NCBI GenBank assembly: GCA_025465475.1
Contig: JAODMR010000160.1
Span: 17,744-81,743, forward strand
Direction: 5' to 3'
From: Micrococcaceae bacterium
Lineage (GTDB): Bacteria > Actinomycetota > Actinomycetes > Actinomycetales > Micrococcaceae
DNA length: 64,000 bases
The position numbers were made by a program, and so were the translations under genes. Position 1 is the stretch's first letter, and each line of letters begins with the position of its first letter. The notes under the pieces are model-generated. The model searched no databases and was not told the DNA's origin. It worked only from the letters and a program-made list of their open reading frames with translations. Of the stretch, positions 56,634-64,000 are shown piece by piece.

Positions 56634-58268
56634 TCAGTCCCGTTGGCTGCGGCCCACGGTGGCGTCATCCGCGCGCCCGGGAACCGCATCAGTGCCGTCT
56701 GCCTGCTCGGGGAGCCCTTCGACAATGCCGTCCGGGCGGACGGCGTGCTCGTCGGCGTGGGAGGGGAAGTTGTAGGAGGCGCCGGAGGCGTGGGTGGGGT
56801 CGGGCCAGCGGGAGGTGACGACCTTTCCGCGGGTGTAGAAGGAGACGCTTTCGGGTCCGTAGATGTGCCTGTCGCCGAAGAGGGAGGCTTTCCAGCCGCC
56901 GAAGGAGTGGTACGCCACCGGCACCGGCAGGGGAACGTTGATGCCGATCATGCCGACGGTCACGGCGCGTTGGAAGGTGCGGGCATGGGCACCGGAGGAG
57001 GTGAAGATGGCCGTGCCGTTGCCGTAGGGGTTGGCGTTGATCAGCCGGATGCCTTCTTCGAGGTCCTCGACCCGGACGACGGCGAGCACGGGACCGAAGA
57101 TTTCCTCGGTATAGGCGCTCATCTCGGTTTTCACGTGGTCGATGACTGTGGGGCCGACCCAGAACCCTTCCTCATGTCCCGGGACCACCAGGTCGCGCCC
57201 GTCGACGACCAGCGCGGCGCCGGCCTTTTCGGCTTCCGTGACGATGCTGATAATGCGCTTTTTGGAGGCCGGGGTGATCACGGGGCCCATTTGCGCGTCG
57301 GGTTCCGTGCCGTTGCTGACCTTGATGTCCAGAGCCCGTTCTTCGACCTTTTTCACCAGCAGGTCCGCCGCGTTTCCGACGGCGACGGCGACGGAGATTG
57401 CCATGCACCGCTCACCGGCGGAGCCGAACGCCGCCGCCGACAGATGGTCGGCCGCGTTGTCCAAATCGGCGTCGGGCATCACGATGGCGTGGTTCTTGGC
57501 CCCGCCCAGGGCCTGGACCCGCTTGCCGTGCGCCGTGGCCGTTTCGTGCACATACTTGGCGATCGGTGTCGACCCCACGAAGGAGATGCCGTCAACGTCG
57601 GGGTGGGTCAGCAGGCCGTCGACGGTTTCCTTGTCCCCGTGCAGCACCTGGAACACACCATCCGGCAGGCCTGCCTGCTTCCACAGCCGGGCCAGCAGGA
57701 CCGAGGCGGAAGGGTCCCGCTCGGAGGGCTTGAGGATGAACGCGTTCCCTGTTGCGATCGCCATGGGCGCCATCCACAGCGGCACCATGACGGGGAAGTT
57801 GAACGGCGTGATGCCTGCAACGACGCCGAGGGGCTGGCGGAAGGAGAACACGTCGATGCCGCTGGACACCTGATCCGAGTAGTCTCCCTTGAGCAGCTGC
57901 GGAATGCCGCAGGCGTACTCCACCACCTCCAGTCCACGGCCGATCTCACCTTTGGCGTCCGAGAGGACCTTGCCGTGTTCGGCGGTGATCAGCTGGGCGA
58001 GGTCGTCCACGTGCGCGGCGACGAGTTCGCGAAACCGGAACAGCACGGCGGTCCGTTTGGCCAGGGAGATGTCGCCCCAGGTCGCTGCTGCGGTCTTCGC
58101 AGCGGCCACGGCGGTTTCAAGGTCCTCGCGGTTGGCCAGCCGCAGTTCGCCGCTGACGGCACCGGTGGCGGGGTTGTAGACAGGGGCGGTGCGGTTCCCG
58201 GCACCGGTGGTTTCCGCGCCGTTGAGGAAATGGGGGATGACGGTGGTCTCGGTGGTCGTGGCAGTCAT
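56634..58268 (-). CDS. mmsA: CoA-acylating methylmalonate-semialdehyde dehydrogenase (IolA)
   Basis: Aldehyde dehydrogenase fold with catalytic 'GERCMA' and 'ILKPSERDP'. About 40 aa longer at the C-terminus than I would expect for the family. Confidence 0.9.
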   Translation of the reverse strand: MTATTTETTVIPHFLNGAETTGAGNRTAPVYNPATGAVSGELRLANREDLETAVAAAKTAAATWGDISLAKRTAVLFRFRELVAAHVDDLAQLITAEHGKVLSDAKGEIGRGLEVVEYACGIPQLLKGDYSDQVSSGIDVFSFRQPLGVVAGITPFNFPVMVPLWMAPMAIATGNAFILKPSERDPSASVLLARLWKQAGLPDGVFQVLHGDKETVDGLLTHPDVDGISFVGSTPIAKYVHETATAHGKRVQALGGAKNHAIVMPDADLDNAADHLSAAAFGSAGERCMAISVAVAVGNAADLLVKKVEERALDIKVSNGTEPDAQMGPVITPASKKRIISIVTEAEKAGAALVVDGRDLVVPGHEEGFWVGPTVIDHVKTEMSAYTEEIFGPVLAVVRVEDLEEGIRLINANPYGNGTAIFTSSGAHARTFQRAVTVGMIGINVPLPVPVAYHSFGGWKASLFGDRHIYGPESVSFYTRGKVVTSRWPDPTHASGASYNFPSHADEHAVRPDGIVEGLPEQADGTDAVPGRADDATVGRSQRD

Positions 58269-58306
58269 GGGACTCTTCCTTGAGGAGTGAAAAAAGGGGT
58301 GGGATG

Positions 58307-60253
58307 TCAGCCGAGGAGTTTGCGCTGGCGGTTCTTGTGGCCGGTGTAGGTTTCAAAGGCCTGTTGCGTGGACTGCAGGTCCGAGATCTGGGAGACGGGG
58401 ACGTCCCACCAGGATTCTGAGCTGGGGGCATCCAGCAGGGGGTTCGATTCGACGTGGATCAGGATGGGACCGCTGCCCTCGGGCGCGGCTTTGGCGTCCC
58501 GGACGGCCTGCTCCAGTTCGGCGATAACCTTCTCCCCCGGTTCGATCCGGACGACTTTGACGCCCAGGCTCTCGGCGTTGAGGGCCAGATCGATCGGGAG
58601 GACTTCCCCGTCGTCGAAGCTGTGCTGCTCCTCGTTGAGAGTGCGGTACTGGGTGCCGAAGCGCTGGGACCCAAGCGACTCGGAGAGGGATCCGATGGAG
58701 GCGTAGCCGTGGTTCTGGATGAGGATGACGATCAGTTTGATACGTTCGGCGACGGCCGTGACGAGTTCGGTGTGCATCATCAGGTAGGAACCGTCACCCA
58801 CCATCACCACGACGTCGCGCTGCTCCCCGCCGGCGGCCGCTTCAGCCGCCGCGGCACGTTTGACCCCGAGGCCGCCGGGAATTTCGTAGCCCATGCAGGA
58901 GAACGCGTATTCCACGTGGTATCCGAACGGGTCACGGATCCGCCACATCTTGTGCAGGTCCCCTGGCAGGGAACCGGCAGCACAGATGACGACGTCCTGG
59001 GGATCCATGGCGCGATTGGTGGCTCCGATGATTTCGTTCTGCGCCGGCAACGGCGCGAAGCGAGTATCGAAGGCCTCATCCACCGTCGCGTTCCACCGCG
59101 CTTTTTCCGCGGCGATCTGCTGCTCAAGGTCGGCTCCGATGCGGTAGCTCCGGCCCAGGGCCTGATTCAGCTTCAGAAGGGCCTTGCGGGCATCGGCGAC
59201 GATGGGCAGGGAGGTGCCGTGCTTGTACGCGTCGATCGGTGCGACGTTGATGTTGATGAACTTCACATCCGGGTTCTGGAACGCAGTCCGGGAGGCGGTG
59301 GTGAAGTCCTCATACCGTGTGCCGATGCCAATGATCAGGTCCGCCTGGGCGGCGATGGCGTTGGCCGCCGTCGTCCCCGTGGAGCCGATCGCCCCCAATG
59401 AGTACTTGGAGTCCCAGGGCAGCACACCGACACCGGCCTGGGTGTTTCCTACGGGAATACCTGTCAGTTCGACGAAGCGGGCCAGTTCATCCGTTGCATA
59501 CGCGTAGAGCACGCCGCCGCCGGCGATGATCAGGGGCCGCTTGGCGGAGCGGATCGCCTCCGCCGCGCGGCGGATGTCCTCATGGTCGGCGTCGGGCCGG
59601 CGGATCCGCCATTCCCGTTCCGCCAGGAACTCCTCGGGAACGTCCAACGCCTCGGCCTGCACGTCCTGCGGCAGGGAGATCGTTACAGCCCCCGTCTCGG
59701 CGGGGTCGGTGAGGACACGCAGACCGTGGTGGAAGGCCGAGAACAGCTGCTCCGGCCGGGACACCCGGTCGAAGAACTTCGAGACCGGGCGGAACGCGTC
59801 GTTGACGGTCAGGTCATAGGCATACGGCTGCTCCAACTGCTGCAGTACCGGGTCAGCGGCACGGGTAGCGAACGTGTCGCTCGGCAGCAACAGCACCGGC
59901 AGTCGGTTGGTGGTCGCCAGCGCCGCCCCGGTAAGGAGATTGGTGGCCCCGGGACCGATGGAGGTGCTGACCGCGAAGGTCTGCCGGCGCCGGGTGTGCC
60001 GGGCATAGCCCACCGCCTGATGCACCTGGGCCTGTTCGTTCCGGCCCTGGTAATACGGCATTAGCCGCGGGTCGGCGGCCTGGTATTGCTTCAGTGCCTG
60101 GCCCACCCCTGCCACGTTTCCGTGCCCGAAAATGCCGAACATGCCAGGGATGAGCCGCTCACGAAAGTCGTCGTGGCCGATGCGGTCCACCGTGTACTGG
60201 CGGGCGAGGTATTCGACCACGGCCTGCGCCACGGTCATTCTGCGTGTAGCCAC
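58307..60253 (-). CDS. iolD: 3D-(3,5/4)-trihydroxycyclohexane-1,2-dione acylhydrolase (decyclizing)
   Basis: 648-aa TPP enzyme. 'MTVAQAVVEYLARQYT', TPP motif 'GDGSYLMMHTELVTA...NHGYASI'. Confidence 0.9.
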   Translation of the reverse strand: MATRRMTVAQAVVEYLARQYTVDRIGHDDFRERLIPGMFGIFGHGNVAGVGQALKQYQAADPRLMPYYQGRNEQAQVHQAVGYARHTRRRQTFAVSTSIGPGATNLLTGAALATTNRLPVLLLPSDTFATRAADPVLQQLEQPYAYDLTVNDAFRPVSKFFDRVSRPEQLFSAFHHGLRVLTDPAETGAVTISLPQDVQAEALDVPEEFLAEREWRIRRPDADHEDIRRAAEAIRSAKRPLIIAGGGVLYAYATDELARFVELTGIPVGNTQAGVGVLPWDSKYSLGAIGSTGTTAANAIAAQADLIIGIGTRYEDFTTASRTAFQNPDVKFININVAPIDAYKHGTSLPIVADARKALLKLNQALGRSYRIGADLEQQIAAEKARWNATVDEAFDTRFAPLPAQNEIIGATNRAMDPQDVVICAAGSLPGDLHKMWRIRDPFGYHVEYAFSCMGYEIPGGLGVKRAAAAEAAAGGEQRDVVVMVGDGSYLMMHTELVTAVAERIKLIVILIQNHGYASIGSLSESLGSQRFGTQYRTLNEEQHSFDDGEVLPIDLALNAESLGVKVVRIEPGEKVIAELEQAVRDAKAAPEGSGPILIHVESNPLLDAPSSESWWDVPVSQISDLQSTQQAFETYTGHKNRQRKLLG

Positions 60254-60256
60254 GAC

Positions 60257-61213
60257 TTACTCCGATGCTTCCGTAGTTGATGCGGTAAGGACAGGAGCCC
60301 GGTTGAGCAGGGAAGCCGCCATTGCCACGGCACCTGCGACATCCCCGTCCCGTGGATACAGCAGGGTCCGCCCCACCGTGAGACCCTGCACCCCGGGCAG
60401 GGCAAGGGCCGCCCGCCAGGATGAAAAAACCTCATCCGGTGCAGCGGTCGGGTCACCGCCCAGGAGCACCGTGGGCATGGTGGTCGCGGCCATGACGCGT
60501 TCCATGTCGGGTACAACGGGCAGCTTCATCCACGTGTAGGCGCTGGTGGAACCCAAACCCTCGGCGATGGCCACCGACTTGATCACGGCATCGGCTGAAA
60601 GGTCGTTACGGACCTTGCCGTTCTCCCGGACGGACAGGAAAGGCTCAACCATGGCAATGAGTTTCCGTTCGGCCAATGCGTCGATGGCTTTGGCGGTCGC
60701 CTCCAGCAAGGACACCGTGTCCGGGTCACCCAGGCAGATGCGGGTCAGCATCTTGCCGCCGTTGGCGCCCAGGGCCTCCAGCGCAGCTGCCGTGTGGCCG
60801 GTGAAGCGGTCGTCGAATTCGTTGACAAGTCCGGCCAGGCCGCCACGGTTCATCGACCCGAAAAGGAGCTTTCCCTCCAGGGCGCCCAGCAGCAGCAGGT
60901 CATCCATAATGTCAGGAGAAGCCAGGACGCCGTCCACGGCGGGATTGGCCAAAGCGACCTGCAGCCTGTCCAGCAGCTGTCGACGGTCCGCCATCGCAGT
61001 CTCATCCGCCCCGACGCTGAGGGCTCCGCGGGCAGGATGGTCGGCGGCCACAATGAAGTTCTGCCCGCCATACCTGAGGCCCGGGTGGCGGCGCCGGGCC
61101 CCGGCTGCGCGGGCAATGGCGTCCGGATCCTCGAGCCTGATCCTGCTCAGGTGCTCATAGCGGCGGGGATCATCGTCCACGGAAATGTTCGGGTGCAGCG
61201 GAGTCACGCTCAC
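60257..61213 (-). CDS. (beta/alpha)8 class I aldolase-like protein (DUF2090/Cgl0159 type), probable 5-dehydro-2-deoxyphosphogluconate aldolase
   Basis: It follows iolC with a 4-nt ATGA overlap. The domain is fused to IolC in other actinobacteria. 'FIVAADHPARGAL', 'GVLASPDIMDDLLLLGAL', 'WMKLPVV'. Confidence 0.6.
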   Translation of the reverse strand: MSVTPLHPNISVDDDPRRYEHLSRIRLEDPDAIARAAGARRRHPGLRYGGQNFIVAADHPARGALSVGADETAMADRRQLLDRLQVALANPAVDGVLASPDIMDDLLLLGALEGKLLFGSMNRGGLAGLVNEFDDRFTGHTAAALEALGANGGKMLTRICLGDPDTVSLLEATAKAIDALAERKLIAMVEPFLSVRENGKVRNDLSADAVIKSVAIAEGLGSTSAYTWMKLPVVPDMERVMAATTMPTVLLGGDPTAAPDEVFSSWRAALALPGVQGLTVGRTLLYPRDGDVAGAVAMAASLLNRAPVLTASTTEASE

Positions 61214-62211
61214 AGTGCTGCTCCTTCCGGTGCGAATTTCCCCGGCACCTGACGTCCGTGTTCGGCCAGCAGCGCGTTGACTTCCTCCGCAGTGGGCATG
61301 GCATCGGCGCAGGAGAGCCGTGAGGCGACGATGGCGCCGGCTGCGTTGGCGTAGTCAAGCACCTGCGCCAAAGGCCAGCCCGATAGCAGCCCGTGGCAGA
61401 ATGCGCCGCCAAAGGAATCCCCGGCGCCAAGCCCATTGACGGTCTTCACCGGAACGGGGGCGGATACAACGCGATCCGAGCGGGTCTTGGCCATCACACC
61501 TTCCGGTCCGAGCTTGACGACGGCGATTTCGACGCCGGCATCCAGCAACCGGTCGGCCTGCTCGTCAGGGGTGCCCTCCCCCACCGCGACGGCGCACTCC
61601 CTGTCATTGCCGATGGCGACGGTGACGTGAGGCAGGACCGCCGCAACCTGTGCCCGTGCTTCTTCCTCGGAGGCCCAGAACATTGGCCGGTAGTCCAAAT
61701 CCAGAACGGTGTATTGACCCTCAGCGAGTCCTGTCCGGGGCCTGGCTTCATGCGCTTTGACATGTGCCGAACGGCTGGGTTCCTGACAAAGCCCGGTGAC
61801 CGTTGACCAGAAAATGCCGGCGTCGCGGATCGCTGCCAAATCCAGTTCGTCCGCCGAGATCCGGAGGTCTGGTGCGGTCGGCAACCGTCCATAAAAGTAC
61901 AGGGGAAAGTCCTCCGGCGGCCTGATGGCGCAGAAGGTGACCGGGGTGGGGAATTCCTTCACCGGGAGGACATAGGCGTCGTCCACGCCGAACTTGCGCA
62001 GTTCCCGATGCAGATAGGTGCCGAAGGCGTCCTCACCGGTCCGGGTGATGACCGCGGCACGTCGCCCGTGACGCGCAGCAGCGACTGCCACGTTCGACGG
62101 GGACCCGCCGAGGTACTTGCCGAAGGACGTCACGTCCTCCAACGCAACACCAATATCGTTCGGGTAAATATCAACGCTGATGCGCCCGATCGTGAGCAGT
62201 TCATGGGTCAC
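61210..62211 (-). CDS. iolC: 5-dehydro-2-deoxygluconokinase (PfkB family)
   Basis: 'LLTIGRISVDIYPNDIG', 'GGSPSNVAVAAARHG', 'GAGDSFGGAFCHGLL'. First gene of the iol operon. Confidence 0.85.
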   Translation of the reverse strand: MTHELLTIGRISVDIYPNDIGVALEDVTSFGKYLGGSPSNVAVAAARHGRRAAVITRTGEDAFGTYLHRELRKFGVDDAYVLPVKEFPTPVTFCAIRPPEDFPLYFYGRLPTAPDLRISADELDLAAIRDAGIFWSTVTGLCQEPSRSAHVKAHEARPRTGLAEGQYTVLDLDYRPMFWASEEEARAQVAAVLPHVTVAIGNDRECAVAVGEGTPDEQADRLLDAGVEIAVVKLGPEGVMAKTRSDRVVSAPVPVKTVNGLGAGDSFGGAFCHGLLSGWPLAQVLDYANAAGAIVASRLSCADAMPTAEEVNALLAEHGRQVPGKFAPEGAAL

Positions 62212-62311
62212 GGTGATCGTTGACCTTTCTGTTTAAGTTGGCACCAAATCTTGTCGAACGAACGGATACCGGGGTGAGCTGGGCCACAGTTCCCACTGTG
62301 CCCCATGGACT

Positions 62312-62330
62312 ATGTCCTGTCAAAGCTTTG
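62312..62330. promoter_or_regulatory. operator-like element upstream of the iolC operon
   Basis: ATGTCCTGTCAAAGCTTTG. It shares ATGTCCTnTCAA with the site at 51494 and contains the perfect 10-bp palindrome CAAAGCTTTG (62321-30). About 100 nt upstream of the iolC ATG. Confidence 0.35.
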
Positions 62331-62372
62331 TTAGAACATTTCCCGTCACGGCCGGGCAATAGCTTCAGACGG

Positions 62373-62777
62373 CTATTTCTTGGGTACCGCGAGTTCCCCG
62401 GTGATGTACTGGGCCCGTCCGTAGCCGAAGGACCAGTCGCCGGCCGTGTTTTCGACGTAGCCGATGAAGACGTTTTCGCCGGCGATACCCAGTTCACCGA
62501 GTTTCGCCGCCACAGCTGCAAACAGGGACTGCTTGGCTTCCTGGCTTCGGCCCCCCTGCGTGAAAATCTGGATCATGACCACGTCGGAGGTGCGTTCGAA
62601 GCCAAGCCCGGCATCCTGCGCGACAATCTGCCCGGCTGGATGTTCGGTGAGGATGTGAAAGTAGTCCCGCTCAGGGATTCCGTATTCCGCCAGGATGGCG
62701 TCGTGGATTCCCCGGCTGAGGTGCTGAAGATCCTGCGGGCTTCGGCCCTGGTTGATGTCGATCCGTACGAGAGGCAT
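62373..62777 (-). CDS. tautomerase family protein (4-OT superfamily, Pro-1)
   Basis: 'MPLVRIDINQGRSPQDLQHLSRGIHDAILAEYGIPERDYFHIL...' with tandem beta-alpha-beta halves. Start set to the ATG at 62777 (AGGAG RBS). Confidence 0.75.
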   Translation of the reverse strand: MPLVRIDINQGRSPQDLQHLSRGIHDAILAEYGIPERDYFHILTEHPAGQIVAQDAGLGFERTSDVVMIQIFTQGGRSQEAKQSLFAAVAAKLGELGIAGENVFIGYVENTAGDWSFGYGRAQYITGELAVPKK

Positions 62778-62790
62778 GTCCCGGCTCCTA

Positions 62791-62813
62791 ACTAGTTTGT
62801 CCTGACATACTAG
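62791..62813. promoter_or_regulatory. 20-bp dyad with a TGTCCTGACAT core upstream of the tautomerase gene
   Basis: ACTAGTTTGTCCTGACATACTAG. Arms TAGTTTGTC and GACATACTA match in 8 of 9 positions. The core is the same as at 51418 and 51514. Confidence 0.4.
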
Positions 62814-62979
62814 CAAATTGGGGTGAGCAAAGTCACGCTTGTGCCGCTTCCGGGCTACGCGGGCCCGGGCAAAGTCACAGCAGGGTCAGGCCGCGGCCAA
62901 CTGCCGGACTCCTGATCCACGTCCCCAGTGGGAGTGGGCCTCAACGCTTCACGGCCAGGGACAATGACGTGACCGCATT

Positions 62980-63566
62980 ATGGGCACGGCACAAAATGGG
63001 TGGACAGCGTCCCCTGAAGAAAGGCCCCGGGCCATGGCAGAACCAAGTTGGGTACACCACGCCTGGAAAGCTGTCTGGAGTTCCCTCAACGACGCAAACT
63101 ACTACGAACTCGTTTCCGCGCTCGACCGCCACAACACCCTGCTGGAAAGCTTCGCGCCCCTGACCTTTGTGGGCAATCACGATGTGACCCGGATCGCCAG
63201 CAGGCTGCATAACCCTGACCTCCTGCCACACGCCCTGGTTATCCCTTTCACCGTCGGAGGAACCCCATCCGTGTACTACGGCGACGAGCAGGGGTACACG
63301 GGCATCAAAGAGGATCGCCCAGGCGGTGATAACGAGGTCCGAGCCGCCTTCCCCGCCGACTTTCGCTCAGCAACGAACTGCTCATGTATGAGTCTTCCGC
63401 CGAAGGCAGGACACTCGTGGTCATCCTCAACCAGGCGGCCCAGCCTGCCGAACTCAAGGCACCGCCGACGGCGCCAGCGCTACTGTCCGGAAACGGCGGC
63501 TTCCTCACCAACAACGTGCTGAACATACCCGCCCGGGGCTGGGCGATCCTATCCTCCGGCACCTGA
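62980..63566 (+). pseudogene. 3' remnant of a second GH13 (alpha-amylase family) gene, 5'-truncated and frameshifted
   Basis: '...WVHHAWKAVWSSLNDANYYELVSALDRHNTLLESFAPLTFVGNHDVTRIASRLHNPDLLPHALVIPFTVGGTPSVYYGDEQGYTGIKEDRPGGDNEVRAAFP', then a frameshift near 63370 into '...GRTLVVILNQAAQPAELKAPP...LNIPARGWAILSSGT*'. The N-terminal catalytic half is missing. Confidence 0.7.
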
Positions 63567-63795
63567 ACGAATACGCCACTGAACCCGGCGGGTCTGCCGC
63601 GGTGTGCGCGGCCCGGAAAGGGTCGCGCATGTGCGTGAAAGCCGCCCCAATGGACCTGCCACCTGAGGGAAGTACGCTGCCGGCAGAGTCATAAAAGCCA
63701 GATGCAGATTCCTTCCCCTATGCTCGGACGCGATGCGACACCATGTGTCCGAGACAGCGGATGCTCCGCGCTCATGATGAACAGAGGAACCAGCC

Positions 63796-64000
63796 ATGAC
63801 CAACTGGCGGATCAGAGATTTCCACCCGACTGACCTCGACGGCATTCTCCACCTGTGGGAGTCACTGCAAGCCACCCATGTCGCACCCGTCTACGCGCTC
63901 TCGGAGGTGCTGGCCTCATGCGAAAAGGACCATGCCGTCGTCGCAGTCCTAGGTGACCAGGTCGTGGGCGCCGCCATTGGACGGGCCGCCCACGACCAGG
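63796..64000 (+). CDS. probable GNAT-family N-acetyltransferase, 3'-truncated by the window edge
   Basis: ATG at 63796 after GAGGAA. 'MTNWRIRDFHPTDLDGILHLWESLQATHVAPVYALSEVLASCEKDHAVVAVLGDQVVGAAIGRAAHDQ' has the typical GNAT N-terminal beta-strand pattern. The ORF is open to the end of the window. Confidence 0.5.
   Translation, partial: MTNWRIRDFHPTDLDGILHLWESLQATHVAPVYALSEVLASCEKDHAVVAVLGDQVVGAAIGRAAHDQ

Overview
High-GC (roughly 65-70% by eye) actinobacterial chromosome segment. Gene content and synteny look Micrococcaceae/Arthrobacter-like, which is inference only. Almost every long reverse-frame ORF in the track is an antisense shadow, and I called about 55 real CDS. Left two-thirds (1-41.9 kb) is conserved core. 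It holds a LysM/SLT muramidase, a PASTA Ser/Thr kinase next to class II DAHP synthase and plsC (the pknL-aroG-plsC synteny of Mycobacterium/Corynebacterium), glk and a fadD15-like ligase. It continues with pyc, gcvP and the conserved gcvH-garA-merR-DUF151 nuclease-merR block (Rv1826-Rv1832 type). After that come poxB, tRNA-Pro(GGG) and the overlap-coupled parA-scpA-scpB-rluB-tyrA-cmk-plsC-der chain. An ABC ATPase/permease pair, a stand-alone RelA/SpoT-domain protein, and dctA with a divergent CitA/DcuS-CitB/DcuR two-component pair complete this part. Right third (42-64 kb) looks accessory. It has a TetR-controlled redox/efflux cluster (gpx, TIM-barrel isomerase, tetR, DHA2 MFS, FMN reductase). 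It also has a complete myo-inositol catabolic island (lacI, iolT, gntR/iolR-iolB, iolC-aldolase-iolD-mmsA-iolE-iolG-iolH, tautomerase). Two decayed GH13 gene remnants in inverted orientation bracket that island. No rRNA, CRISPR, transposase or integrase was seen. Observations most worth a second look: (1) the 348-aa RelA/SpoT protein, whose uncharacterised C-terminal domain gives it a fused toxSAS/CapRel-like architecture; (2) a duplicated promoter-plus-operator module that links gpx to the TetR/MFS locus; (3) the inverted GH13 remnants around the iol island; (4) a NUDIX-NYN fusion protein; (5) an eroded mycothione-reductase-like pseudogene; (6) several structured tandem repeats in intergenic regions. 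Start codons were refined from the ORF track using RBS spacing and conserved N-termini and remain predictions. No database search or RNA covariance model could be run.
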